Both the position numbers and the translations under genes were made by a program. Of a stretch of 64,000 nucleotides of DNA, positions 27,244-36,882 are shown piece after piece. Source of the DNA: a bacterium (lineage in GTDB: Bacteria > RBG-13-61-14 > DATKZS01); contig CAXXFL010000001.1 of NCBI GenBank assembly GCA_963674965.2, positions 1-64,000 on the forward strand, given 5' to 3'. The notes below the pieces were generated by a model that saw only the letters and a list, made by a program, of their open reading frames with translations, made no database searches and was not told the origin of the DNA. Position 1 is the first letter of the stretch; every line of letters starts with the position of its first letter.

Positions 27244-30090
27244 TTATCCGGCGTCCCTCTTTTTTATTAGGTCGAGGAGGACCCTCATGGCGCTCACGGG
27301 CGTGAGTCCGAGCCGAGCTATCTGGAGACGGCAGGCCGGGCAACCCGAGACCACCAGTTCCGTTCCCGCCTTCGCGGCCGCCTCGGTCAGGACCCCGGCC
27401 AGGGCGTCGGACACCTCGGCGTTTTCCTTGCGCAGTCCAAAGGCCCCGGCGTAGCCGCAGCAGACGTTTTGGGTGGACACGAGATCGAGTCCCCGGGCCC
27501 TGGCCAGGACCCTTCCCACGTGGTCGCTCTCGCTCAGGGCCCGGTGGTGGCAGGACCGGTGAAGCAGGGCTCGGCCGAGGTCCGTCTCCCCCGTCTCGAG
27601 CTCGAGTCTTCCCGAGGAGATTTCCTCGTCGATAAACTGGAAGGCCTCCCTGACCGACGCAAGCTCGGCGGGGTCCTTGCCCAAAAGGCGCGGGTGCTCG
27701 AGGTTGACGGTCAGGGCGCAAGTAGGACAGGCCGTGACCACGGGGTCGCCGGACTCGAGGTAGCCGGCCAGGGCCTCGGTGAAAGCCAGGGCGCATTTTT
27801 TAGCTCCCTCCACGTCGGCGGCCATGAGCTTGGGCTCGCCGCAACAGGGAAGGTCGGCGACCGTGACCTTATAGCCCAGGGCCGAAAGGACCGAGACGGT
27901 GGTTTCCGTCTCTTTCTCCCGGTCCGCGTAGCGGCCGAGGCATCCCGCGTAAAGGGTCACGCCGCCCATCGGGTACGATATATCCTCGTCCTTGGCCGGG
28001 GCGCTCATGTCAATCAGAACGTCCCGGGCCGGGACCGGGAAAGGAGCCTGCTTGCGGAGCTTGACGGCCGAGTCCAGGGCCGCCCGTCCCACGCGGCTCG
28101 AGGACAATAGAGCCGAGGCGTCGGGGGCCCGAGAGGCGGCGGCCATCATCTCGGGAGAGTAGGCGATGATCAGCTCCCGCAGCGGGCGTCCGTTCCGCTC
28201 GAGCCTTTTCCCCTCGTATTCCCTGATCAGGACGGCGGGCTCGACGCCGGTGGGACATCCAGTGACGCAGGCGTTGCAGGCGGTGCAAAGGCGGAGGGAC
28301 CGGTCCATCTCGATCCTCACCTCCTCGGCGTCAGGGTCGAGGTCGCCCTGCGCCGCGGCCCTAAGCAGCCCTACCTTCGAGCGGGGAAGGGCCTTCTCCT
28401 CTCCCGTGGCCAGGTACACGGGGCAATAGGTCGAGCAAAGACCGCAGCCGTGACAAAGAAGGAGCATGTCCATCGAGGCGGGGGAAGGGAAGCCTTTTTC
28501 ATGCCCGGCTTCATTTCCCCTTTCCTTGAACTTGAGCCGGTCCGTCGGGACCCGGGGCTCGTCGCTCAGAATCTTTCCGGGGTTCAATACGCCCGCTGGA
28601 TCGAATATGTCCTTGATCTCCCGAAAGGCGGGATAGAGCCGGGGGAACTGGCGCTTTACGTAGCCGGCCCGGAGCATGCCGTCTCCGTGCTCGCCGCTTA
28701 TGGACCCTCCCATCCCGATGGCGAGCGAGTAAAGCTCCTCGGCGATGATCGCCATCTTTTTCCCGTCCTCGGGAAGGGTCAGGTCCAGGCGAGGATTGAG
28801 GTGAAGGTTTCCGTCGCCCGCGTGGCCGAGAATGGGCGCCTGGGCGTCGTGCTTTTTCAGGATTTCATTGATGGCCTCCATGGCCTCGGACAGGGACTCG
28901 GGCAAAAAGACCAGGTCCTCGACGAACCGGGTCAGCCTTTTCCCGGGAAGTCGGTAGAGGATGGGGGAGGCGGCCTTCCTGATCGACCACAGCCGTGAGG
29001 CCTCGGCCTCGTCCTTGGCCCGGCCCGCGAAGACCAGGCCAGCCACGTCCTTTAAGGCCCCCTCGGCCCGCTCGGCCAATGACCCGGCCTCGGCCGCGCT
29101 TTCGCCCTCGAACTCGGCCAGCACGATAGCCTCGGTTTTCTCGGGCAAGAGGTCGCGAAAGCCTCCGGCGTGCTCGCGGATAAGCCTCACGAAGGACCCG
29201 TCCATGATCTCGACGGCGGCGGCCGAACCGGCCAGGACCAGCGCCGAGGAGCAGGCGTCCTTTACCCGGCCGAAGGCGAACAGGCAAACCGAGCGAGCGC
29301 CGGGCAAATCGGCCAGGGCCAGCTCGGCCTTGACCGTAATGGCCAGGGTCCCCTCCGAGCCCACGAGCAGGGGCGTGGGATTGAAGTTCCTTTCCTCCAT
29401 GAGGTCCCAAAGGTGATAGCCGGAGGAGTTTTTCTTCACGCCCGGCCGGTCGGCGGCGAGGGCCTCCTCGTATTTCGAGAGGAGGGATGGCGCGGCCGCG
29501 TAGACCCGGTTCTCGATGGAGTCCGCCCTGGCCATGGAGCGGGGAAGGGGGGGACGGGGATCGAGCCAGGCCTGGTTGCCATCGGCCAGGACCGCCTTGA
29601 TCTTCCGCGTCCATTTTCTCGCGTCGCCGAATTTAAGGGAGTGGGCGCCGGAGGAATTGTTGGCGATCATTCCCCCCAGGGTGGCGTAGTCGCCGGAGGA
29701 CGGATCGGGCGGAAAGAAGAGCCCATGTCCCGCCAGCTTCCGGTTGAGGTCGGCCAGGACCAGGCCCGGCTGAATGGTCGCTCTTTTTTCCTCGAGGTTG
29801 ATTTCCAGCGTCCGGTTCATATGGGCCTTGAAGTCGATTATTATGCCCGGTCCCAATGCCTGGCCGGCCACGGAGGACCCGGCGCCCCTGGCGGTAACCG
29901 GAATTCCCCGCCTGGCCGCGTAGGCCACCATGGCCGAGACCTCGTCGGCCTCGAGCGGCCTTACGACGGCCATGGGCCGAACGCGATAGACGCAGGCCGA
30001 GGTCGAGTAGACCTCCCTGGTGACGGGATCGGTGAAGACCTCTCCCCTCGTGAGTTTCCGGAGGTCTTTTTCCAGGGAGGAAAGAGACAT
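27244..30090 (-). CDS. FAD-linked oxidase with 4Fe-4S and CCG domains (YdiJ/GlcD-GlpC-like)
   Basis: RGAGSSVAGQ, PDPSS, ANNSSGAHS, GSEGTL, HAGDGNLH, GEHGDG, two CxxCxxCxxxCP motifs and two CCG motifs. Start moved to ATG 30090. Confidence 0.92.
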   Translation of the reverse strand: MSLSSLEKDLRKLTRGEVFTDPVTREVYSTSACVYRVRPMAVVRPLEADEVSAMVAYAARRGIPVTARGAGSSVAGQALGPGIIIDFKAHMNRTLEINLEEKRATIQPGLVLADLNRKLAGHGLFFPPDPSSGDYATLGGMIANNSSGAHSLKFGDARKWTRKIKAVLADGNQAWLDPRPPLPRSMARADSIENRVYAAAPSLLSKYEEALAADRPGVKKNSSGYHLWDLMEERNFNPTPLLVGSEGTLAITVKAELALADLPGARSVCLFAFGRVKDACSSALVLAGSAAAVEIMDGSFVRLIREHAGGFRDLLPEKTEAIVLAEFEGESAAEAGSLAERAEGALKDVAGLVFAGRAKDEAEASRLWSIRKAASPILYRLPGKRLTRFVEDLVFLPESLSEAMEAINEILKKHDAQAPILGHAGDGNLHLNPRLDLTLPEDGKKMAIIAEELYSLAIGMGGSISGEHGDGMLRAGYVKRQFPRLYPAFREIKDIFDPAGVLNPGKILSDEPRVPTDRLKFKERGNEAGHEKGFPSPASMDMLLLCHGCGLCSTYCPVYLATGEEKALPRSKVGLLRAAAQGDLDPDAEEVRIEMDRSLRLCTACNACVTGCPTGVEPAVLIREYEGKRLERNGRPLRELIIAYSPEMMAAASRAPDASALLSSSRVGRAALDSAVKLRKQAPFPVPARDVLIDMSAPAKDEDISYPMGGVTLYAGCLGRYADREKETETTVSVLSALGYKVTVADLPCCGEPKLMAADVEGAKKCALAFTEALAGYLESGDPVVTACPTCALTVNLEHPRLLGKDPAELASVREAFQFIDEEISSGRLELETGETDLGRALLHRSCHHRALSESDHVGRVLARARGLDLVSTQNVCCGYAGAFGLRKENAEVSDALAGVLTEAAAKAGTELVVSGCPACRLQIARLGLTPVSAMRVLLDLIKKRDAG

Positions 30091-30098
30091 GGCCTGGC

Positions 30099-31601
30099 TC
30101 AGCGCCGCGTGAAGTCGCGGCCGATGTTGATAAGGGTCTTGATCTGGTCGGGCCTCATGACCCTTCTCACGTACTTGCCGAAGAACTTGCGCGGGTCGCG
30201 GAACAACAGGCTGAGAGTGGCGCGCCAGTACTCGCGGCGCTGGATGGACTCGAGCAGCTCGGGGGTCCATTCCTCGGTCGAGAAGCCCGAGATGAGATAA
30301 CAGTTTTCCTCCGTTGAATACTCGTCCTCGATCAGGCCCCGTTCGAGGCATTCCCGGTAAAGAGGCGTGCCCGGGAGGGGGTTGAAGATGAAAACGTAAA
30401 ACTTGTCCAGCTTGAGCGACCGGGCGTAGGCGAAGGTGTTTCTTATCTGCTCCATGGTCTCGCCGGGAAAGCCGATGATAAAGAAGGCGTGGGTGTCGAT
30501 GCCGTGGGCCTTGACGGTCTTGACGATGGACCTGGCCTTCTCGAGGTCGAGGGGCTTGTTGACGATGTTGTCCACCACGTATTGGTCGCCGGACTCGAAG
30601 GCGAGGATCACCTCGAAGCAGCCCGACTCCTTCATCAGGCTTACCATCTCCTCGTCCTCGAGGGTCTTGACCATGACCCCGTTGGGCATGTTCCAGCTAA
30701 GGTTCAGGCCCCGGTCTATCATGCCCCTGAAGATGGCCTTGGCCCGCTTGCGGTCGAAGGTCAGGTTGTCGTCCTCGAACTTGACCTCCTCGACGCCGTA
30801 CTTGTTTTTCAGGTGCTCGAGCTCGGCCAGCACGCTCTCGGCCGACCTGAGACGGTAGCGTCCTCCCCAGTACCTGGTGCTCGAGCAGAAGTTGCAGCGG
30901 CAGGGGCAGCCCCGCGAGGTCGAGAAGGAAACGTTCCTCGGGCTCTTGGAGAAGAAAAGGAAGGGCACGTTGATCTTGAAGTATTTCTCCACGGGCAGAA
31001 GGTCCCGCGCCGGGAAGGGCAGCGTATCCAGGTCCTTGATCCACGAGGTCTTGGGATTGATCCTGACGTCACCGTTCTCGCGCCAGGCCAGTCCGTCGAT
31101 CTCCTCGAGGCCCCGGCCCCTGGCGAGGGCGGACAGAAGCGCGGGAAGTGACTCCTCCGCCTCTCCCATCACCACGTAGTCCAGGCCCTCCTCCTTGAGG
31201 CAGCGCTCGGGCAGGAAGGTGGGATGGGTCCCGCCGGTGATGGTGACCATGTCCGGGTCCTCCTCCTTGATCTTCCGGACCAGCTCGGCCACCGCGGGGA
31301 ACTGGTTCGAGAAAAGACAGCTCAGCCCGACCGCGTCCGGCCCGAATTCCCTGATCCTGTCCAGGATCATGTCCGCGTCCAGTCCGTACTGGAAAATGGA
31401 GGGGCTTAGGTCGCGCTCGAGATGGTGTCCCTCCACCACCGCGTCCAGGAGGCGGACGTCATAGGACTCGCGAAGAACTGCGCCCAAATAGGCTATCCCC
31501 ATGGGCATGCAGCACATCTTGTCGTACACGCGGGCGATGGTGACCGGCGGAAAAACGAGCATGACCTTTTCCACCGGCTTGTTTTTCATGGACCTTTTCA
31601 T
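30099..31601 (-). CDS. B12-binding radical SAM protein
   Basis: PMGIAYLGA, GGTHPT, GEAE, SRGCPCRCNFC, FEDDN, FIIGFPGET, PLPGTPL. Confidence 0.95.
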   Translation of the reverse strand: MKRSMKNKPVEKVMLVFPPVTIARVYDKMCCMPMGIAYLGAVLRESYDVRLLDAVVEGHHLERDLSPSIFQYGLDADMILDRIREFGPDAVGLSCLFSNQFPAVAELVRKIKEEDPDMVTITGGTHPTFLPERCLKEEGLDYVVMGEAEESLPALLSALARGRGLEEIDGLAWRENGDVRINPKTSWIKDLDTLPFPARDLLPVEKYFKINVPFLFFSKSPRNVSFSTSRGCPCRCNFCSSTRYWGGRYRLRSAESVLAELEHLKNKYGVEEVKFEDDNLTFDRKRAKAIFRGMIDRGLNLSWNMPNGVMVKTLEDEEMVSLMKESGCFEVILAFESGDQYVVDNIVNKPLDLEKARSIVKTVKAHGIDTHAFFIIGFPGETMEQIRNTFAYARSLKLDKFYVFIFNPLPGTPLYRECLERGLIEDEYSTEENCYLISGFSTEEWTPELLESIQRREYWRATLSLLFRDPRKFFGKYVRRVMRPDQIKTLINIGRDFTRR

Positions 31602-31678
31602 GGAGGGCTTGATACTAAGTTAGCAAAGGCAAGCCCCCGTATCAAGAAGAGGGCCGGCCGCTTCGGCTTATGGAATGG

Positions 31679-32107
31679 TTATTTCCTCCGCAGGACCGAG
31701 TGGATGGTCCCGCCTCGGGCGACCATCTCGCCGTCCTCGTCGAAGAGACTGGACTCGACGATGGCGAAGCGTCCCGTGCGCTTTACCACCTCGGCCCGGG
31801 CCGTCAGCTTGCCCTTTTCCACCGACTTATAGAACTGCACCTTCAGGTCGAGGGTCATGGGGGCCTCCCCCTCCTTCATCACCGTCAAAGCCGCCGAGCC
31901 GCACGAGGCGTCCAGCACGCTCGAGAGCACCCCGCCATGGACCACGCCGTAGATGTTTTTATGCTCCGGCCTCACCTCGAGCTCGACCCTCGAGCTCGAC
32001 TCCCCCAGCTCGACCACCTTAAGCCCCGACCAGGTATAAAAGGGCGACCCGTTCAAACGCCGCTTGATATCTTCCCCGTCCACGCGGTCCTCCAGCTCAA
32101 CCGTCAT
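31679..32107 (-). CDS. PaaI-family thioesterase
   Basis: HKNIYGVVHGGVLSSVLDASCG hot-dog motif. Confidence 0.93.
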   Translation of the reverse strand: MTVELEDRVDGEDIKRRLNGSPFYTWSGLKVVELGESSSRVELEVRPEHKNIYGVVHGGVLSSVLDASCGSAALTVMKEGEAPMTLDLKVQFYKSVEKGKLTARAEVVKRTGRFAIVESSLFDEDGEMVARGGTIHSVLRRK

Positions 32108-32128
32108 AACGTCTCCCGCCAGTCAAGA

Positions 32129-34168
32129 TCAGTCCGTCCGGCCCTTGCCTTGCAGATCGTATAACAACCTTTCCACCGCCTCGTCTCCGGGCGTCTTTTG
32201 AAGCCAATCCATTAAGAACTCTCCGGCCTCTTCCTTCTTATCCTTTTCCACCAACCTCCGGGCGAAGGCCACGGCGTGGGAGCTTTGATAGGGGCGCGCC
32301 TTGGCGGCCCGGGCCAGGTAGTCGTCGGCCTTTTCCGTCTTTCCCTCTCGCCCGTATAAGAGGGCCAGCTCGAACAACTCTTCCGAGTTGGCCCTGGTGC
32401 ACCTCCCGGCGTGAAGCAGTACCTTCTCGGCCTCTTGAACCTGGCCGCGCCGGGCGAGCCAGCGGCCCAGTTGAAGGTTCAGGTCGGCGCCGTTGGGATA
32501 GAGCTCGACGGCCTTTCTGAAAAGGGCCTCGGCCTGTTCGGGGTCGTCTCGAGACTTCAGGAAGGCCAGGTCCCGGTAGTAATAGGGGTACCTCGGATTG
32601 AGCGAGACGGCCTTCTCGAGCGCCCGGACGGCTTGTTCCACCTCGGCGGGCGACCTTGCCGAGACGGCGACCGAACGGGCGACGAGGTCCCAGGTCTCCT
32701 CGTCTCTCCCGTCCCATTTCGCGGCGGCCCGGGCCGCTTGTCCCGCCTCGGCCCACTTGCCCTCCCTGGCCAGGTTTCCCGCCTTGCTCTTCAATCTGGC
32801 CGCCTGGAAACAATAGGCCTGGACAAGGGCCAGGGCCGCTAATAGGACCGCCGCCAGGATTAGTCCCGGTCCTCTCCTCTTATACTCGTCGTCCGTTTCG
32901 CCCGGCCTGGCGGACAGCGCTCCCAGGCCCACCCAGAAAATGGTGGACGCCTCGGCCGTCTGAAAGGAATAGTCGATCATGGAGTGAGCGAGCGCGACCA
33001 TCCCGCCGGCCGCGATTCCGGAAAGGATTATCGCCTCCCGTTGCTCCTCCTTTCGGACGGACCTTATCGCTCCCATGATAAAGGACGCGGATATTACCAT
33101 TATGCCCGCCGCTCCAAGGGGACCGGTTTCGGCCAGGGTCTCGATAAAAAGATTGTGGGCGTGTTTGGCCTCGTTTCCCTCGACGCTCCGGTGCTTGAGG
33201 GCGGCCAGTCCGAACTTGCCACCCCCCGCGCCGGTCAGGGGAAACTCCCAGGCCGCCTTGAGGCCCGCCCGCCAGTTCTCCATCCTTTGAAAGGCCGGGT
33301 TGTTGGGGTCGTCCGTATCCAGGACGTGCCCGCCGCGCGCCAGCATAATAAGGACCGCCCCGGCCGCCATGGCCGAGACGAGGGAAGCGGCGAATATCTT
33401 GATTTTTTTCGCCGAGACCCCCAGCGGCCTCCCGATCAGGAAGAGCCAGGCGGCCATCCCCGTCCCCGCGGCCATCCATCCGCCCAAGGACCTTGCCAGC
33501 CATATGCCGGCGGCCAGAAAGAAAACGGACACGAGGGCCAACAGAGCGGCGGTCCTTTCCGGTCCCGGCCGTCCGAGTTTTCCCCTCGCCGCAACCAGTG
33601 CCGAAAGGCCGGCGGGCAGAAGTCCCCCCAGGCAGGCGGCCAGCATGTCCGGCGAAAAGGTCATGCCGAAGGCCCTTCCCTCGAGGAGGGTGTTTCTGGC
33701 GTACTCGGTAAGTTCACCTTGCTCGAGGGTAACGGCGAAGCCGCCCAGTTTTTGGCGGACGGCCCAGGCGGCGGACACGACCCCGGCCGCGACCATGGCC
33801 GTGAGGACCCAGCCGATCCTTCGTCTTCCCGCCGCGGCGACCAGGACGACGAGGACCGATCCTGACTCGAAAACCAACCACCGCAAGGACCCGAAGGGCG
33901 AGATGGAAAAGGGGACTGAAAGGACCGCGCCGGCCATGTACAACCCGAGTCCTATTAAGGCCAAGCGGCCAAGGGATCTTTTCGATAAGAGTCCTTGCCA
34001 AAGGGCGGCCAGCGCGAGGATGGCCAGGACCGCGTTGGTAAGGGGAGTAATCCAGGGGTATATCGAGCCGGAGACCAGTATCCTGGCGGCGAGGGTTACC
34101 GCGGCTGCGGCGGTCCAAAGGTCGCCGGGTTTTCTCGGGACCAAGTCTTGCGGTTCCCTCTCAAACAA
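32129..34168 (-). CDS. O-antigen ligase (Wzy_C) family protein with C-terminal TPRs
   Basis: Multi-TM; GRAFG.TFSPD, SLGG, R..NW..G.....FPLTGAG, HAHNLFIETLAETG, HSMIDY; TPR tail. TTG start overlaps the upstream stop. Confidence 0.85.
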   Translation of the reverse strand: MFEREPQDLVPRKPGDLWTAAAAVTLAARILVSGSIYPWITPLTNAVLAILALAALWQGLLSKRSLGRLALIGLGLYMAGAVLSVPFSISPFGSLRWLVFESGSVLVVLVAAAGRRRIGWVLTAMVAAGVVSAAWAVRQKLGGFAVTLEQGELTEYARNTLLEGRAFGMTFSPDMLAACLGGLLPAGLSALVAARGKLGRPGPERTAALLALVSVFFLAAGIWLARSLGGWMAAGTGMAAWLFLIGRPLGVSAKKIKIFAASLVSAMAAGAVLIMLARGGHVLDTDDPNNPAFQRMENWRAGLKAAWEFPLTGAGGGKFGLAALKHRSVEGNEAKHAHNLFIETLAETGPLGAAGIMVISASFIMGAIRSVRKEEQREAIILSGIAAGGMVALAHSMIDYSFQTAEASTIFWVGLGALSARPGETDDEYKRRGPGLILAAVLLAALALVQAYCFQAARLKSKAGNLAREGKWAEAGQAARAAAKWDGRDEETWDLVARSVAVSARSPAEVEQAVRALEKAVSLNPRYPYYYRDLAFLKSRDDPEQAEALFRKAVELYPNGADLNLQLGRWLARRGQVQEAEKVLLHAGRCTRANSEELFELALLYGREGKTEKADDYLARAAKARPYQSSHAVAFARRLVEKDKKEEAGEFLMDWLQKTPGDEAVERLLYDLQGKGRTD

Positions 34169-34958
34169 AGTCCCGCCTTTGGAATACGATCATGGCGACG
34201 GCCAGGAAAACGGAAATGGTCAGCAGGCCGGTCAAGACGATTTTTGCCAGCAGTCCCAGGGGAAGGCTGACGTTATAGAGGGCGTACTCGATCTGCACGT
34301 AGTTGGTCAAGTTGGGCACGACGGCGTAAAGGACCTCGGCCCCGTGCCGGAAGAAGGGGTTGTCCGACTTGACGCTGAACTGGAGAATGCCCTCGGTGAG
34401 CCTTCCGATAATCACGAAACAAAGGGTAAAGATGGCCGAGAGGGTGGGAGTGCTGAAGGTCGAGAAGGCCATGGCCACAGAGGTGATGATGGCCAACTCG
34501 AGATAAATGAGCAAAATGGCCTGGAAAACGGGCCAGGTCAAAGTGGGACCGTCCCCCGGAAGATAGATCAGCACCCCGAAAAAGGCGACGGCCATGATGG
34601 CGACGTTAACGCCTATGGTTATCATGAGGCCCAAAAACCTTCCTATTATAAAGAAGCTTCGGGGCGCGGGCTTGGCGATGAGGGTGTAGATGGTTTTTCT
34701 CTCGATTTCCTTGCTCACGAGGCTGATGCCGAGGAAGACGGCCATGAGTATTCCGAAGACGGAGATGGAGGTCAGGCCGGCGTCGACGGTAATTCTTCTT
34801 TGCTCGGCGATGGTAAGCTCGCCCAGGACGATGGACAGCCCGATCATGATCACGGCGAAAACGAGCAGGTTGTAGAGGATTTTATCCCTTATGTTCTCGC
34901 GGAAGGTATTGAAGGCTATGGCCCATATCTTCATAAGCGCGGCGTTATTCATCGTCAA
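34161..34958 (-). CDS. ABC transporter permease (PilI-like)
   Basis: IAFNTFRENIRDKILY, SKEIERKTIYTLIAKP..R, GRFLG, FQRRDF end. Confidence 0.9.
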   Translation of the reverse strand: MTMNNAALMKIWAIAFNTFRENIRDKILYNLLVFAVIMIGLSIVLGELTIAEQRRITVDAGLTSISVFGILMAVFLGISLVSKEIERKTIYTLIAKPAPRSFFIIGRFLGLMITIGVNVAIMAVAFFGVLIYLPGDGPTLTWPVFQAILLIYLELAIITSVAMAFSTFSTPTLSAIFTLCFVIIGRLTEGILQFSVKSDNPFFRHGAEVLYAVVPNLTNYVQIEYALYNVSLPLGLLAKIVLTGLLTISVFLAVAMIVFQRRDFV

Positions 34959-35898
34959 TCTCTCTTAAGAAATAGGACTCGAGGGTTTCTCTTTTGGGTT
35001 GCAGCGAGACCAGCCTGGCCCCCTTTTGGGAGGCCAGGTTTTTGGCGCTCTCGGCGGCGTCCCAGTTGGGCGCGACCACCAGGGCCATCTCCCCCTTTAC
35101 GGTCACGCGGAAGTCCGGGTGTACTTCGGAGAGTTTTTCCATTTGCCGGAGGGCCTCGCCCTCGAGCCCGGTGAACTGGAGGTCGATCTTCTCCACCTCG
35201 GGCCGGAGGATGTCGGTGAGCTTTCCCGTGTCCCTTACCTTTCCCTTATGGATGACGCACACCCTGTCGCATATCTGCTCGACGTCGGGCAGGATGTGGG
35301 AGCTGAAGAACACGGTCTTGCCCTCTTCCTTGAGCCCGTAGATTATTTCTCGCATGTCCCTTCTTCCCACCGGGTCGAGGCCGGACATGGGCTCGTCCAG
35401 GATGACCAGGTCCGGGTCTCCGAGCAGGGCCTGGGCCATGCCTATCCTCTGGAGCATGCCCTTGGAGTACTTGCGAAGGGCCAGGCCCGCGGCGTCGGAA
35501 AGGCCTACCTTTTCCAAGAGCTCATCGGTCCTCTTTTTCCTTTCCGCCTTGTTTATCCCGTGGATGCGGGCGTAGAAATCCAGGAATTCCGCTCCCTTAA
35601 GATAATCGTAAAAATAGGGATGCTCGGGCAGAAAGCCGACTTTTTTCTTGACTTGCACGTTTCCGACCGGCTTTCCCAGCATGGCGGCCTCGCCCGCGCT
35701 GGGAAAGATGAGGCCGAGCAGTATCTTGATGGTCGTGGTCTTTCCCGCCCCGTTGGGTCCCAGGAAGCCCAGTATCTCATTTTGTTTGACTTCAAGGTCC
35801 ACGCCGCGAAGGGCCTCGACCCTTCTGCGGAAAAAACCAATGAAAAATATTTTCTTCAGGCCCTTAACGGATATTACGGGGCCATGATTTTCGTCCAT
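34945..35898 (-). CDS. ABC transporter ATP-binding protein (PilH-like)
   Basis: GPNGAGKTT, FLPEHPYFYDYL, YSKGMLQR, ILDEPMSGLDP, FFSSH. Confidence 0.95.
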   Translation of the reverse strand: MDENHGPVISVKGLKKIFFIGFFRRRVEALRGVDLEVKQNEILGFLGPNGAGKTTTIKILLGLIFPSAGEAAMLGKPVGNVQVKKKVGFLPEHPYFYDYLKGAEFLDFYARIHGINKAERKKRTDELLEKVGLSDAAGLALRKYSKGMLQRIGMAQALLGDPDLVILDEPMSGLDPVGRRDMREIIYGLKEEGKTVFFSSHILPDVEQICDRVCVIHKGKVRDTGKLTDILRPEVEKIDLQFTGLEGEALRQMEKLSEVHPDFRVTVKGEMALVVAPNWDAAESAKNLASQKGARLVSLQPKRETLESYFLREIDDE

Positions 35899-35904
35899 CT
35901 GTCA

Positions 35905-36819
35905 CTAGCCTCCGTCTCTCGAGATTGTTCTGCTTTGCAAAGCCCGGAAGACCTTGTTCTCTATCTCCGGCTCGCTCCTTATATTGTCGGTCTCCGCGTC
36001 AAAGACAAACCGGTGATCGGCAAGAGGATGCGGCGGGACTTTAAATCCGGGCTGCACCTTAGCCAGGTCGGAAAGTCCCGAAATGGGGGAACCGAACTTA
36101 CTTTCATATTTCTCCCGGAGCGCGTTCATGTCCATTTCCATTTTTATGGCCGTAAGCTCGTCAATGCGGCGTCGGTAATAAGCCCTTTGCCTTTCGTCTT
36201 CCGTTTGGGCCATGGCGGCTTTCAGATAAGTAATGGCCACCTCTGGTTTGCCGCCCTCGCTCCTTATCCGGCCGGCCAGGGCGTGGTGAAATTTATGGCC
36301 GGTAAGCTTGGCGGCCTCTTCCATGTTATCGGCCGCCTTGTCGTGCTCGCCCAGCGCAAAATAATAACAGACGCCAAGGTAAAAGGGGATTTTCCAATAG
36401 TTCTGGCAGGTAAAGGGGCTTTCCTTTTTGCACTCTCTTTTGCCCTTCTCCAGTATCTGGACTATTTCCTCGGGTTCGCCTCCCTCCACCAGCAGGTTAA
36501 TGGCGGTGAAATAGTAGGCGATGGAAAAGTGCGGGTCCAGATCGGTGATAAAATCGGTCCGCTTGTAAAGGTTTACGGGTACTTTTTTCTCGTCCACGCA
36601 CCTGGAGAAGTACTGGATCGCCTCCATCCAGTACGAGTCGGCAACGATCCCCTGGAAACCCATGGAGGCCGCTTTGACCGCGTCCGACCGGGGCAGGACA
36701 AGCTCGTCGGGACGCTCCCGTTCCAACTCGACTTTGTCCTTGTCCACCAGCCTTTGGGAAAAGGCGGTTAATACCGCGAGAAGCGCGACAATGGATATGG
36801 ACGCCAGGGTGGATTTCAT
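35905..36819 (-). CDS. TPR-like accessory protein (PilG-like)
   Basis: N-terminal TM, GF..IVADSYWMEAIQYF, ITDLDPHF..AYY, W.IPFYLG..YYF; directly upstream of the ABC pair. Confidence 0.65.
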   Translation of the reverse strand: MKSTLASISIVALLAVLTAFSQRLVDKDKVELERERPDELVLPRSDAVKAASMGFQGIVADSYWMEAIQYFSRCVDEKKVPVNLYKRTDFITDLDPHFSIAYYFTAINLLVEGGEPEEIVQILEKGKRECKKESPFTCQNYWKIPFYLGVCYYFALGEHDKAADNMEEAAKLTGHKFHHALAGRIRSEGGKPEVAITYLKAAMAQTEDERQRAYYRRRIDELTAIKMEMDMNALREKYESKFGSPISGLSDLAKVQPGFKVPPHPLADHRFVFDAETDNIRSEPEIENKVFRALQSRTISRDGG

Positions 36820-36882
36820 TTCTTCATTAATTTATACAATCGAAAGGCGACTTTCAAATGGCCTTCCCTCGGGCCGCGACGA

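Noticed and set aside
30091-30351. N-terminal extension of the FAD/Fe-S ORF
   Set aside because: Overlaps the radical SAM gene; ATG 30090 is the more plausible start.
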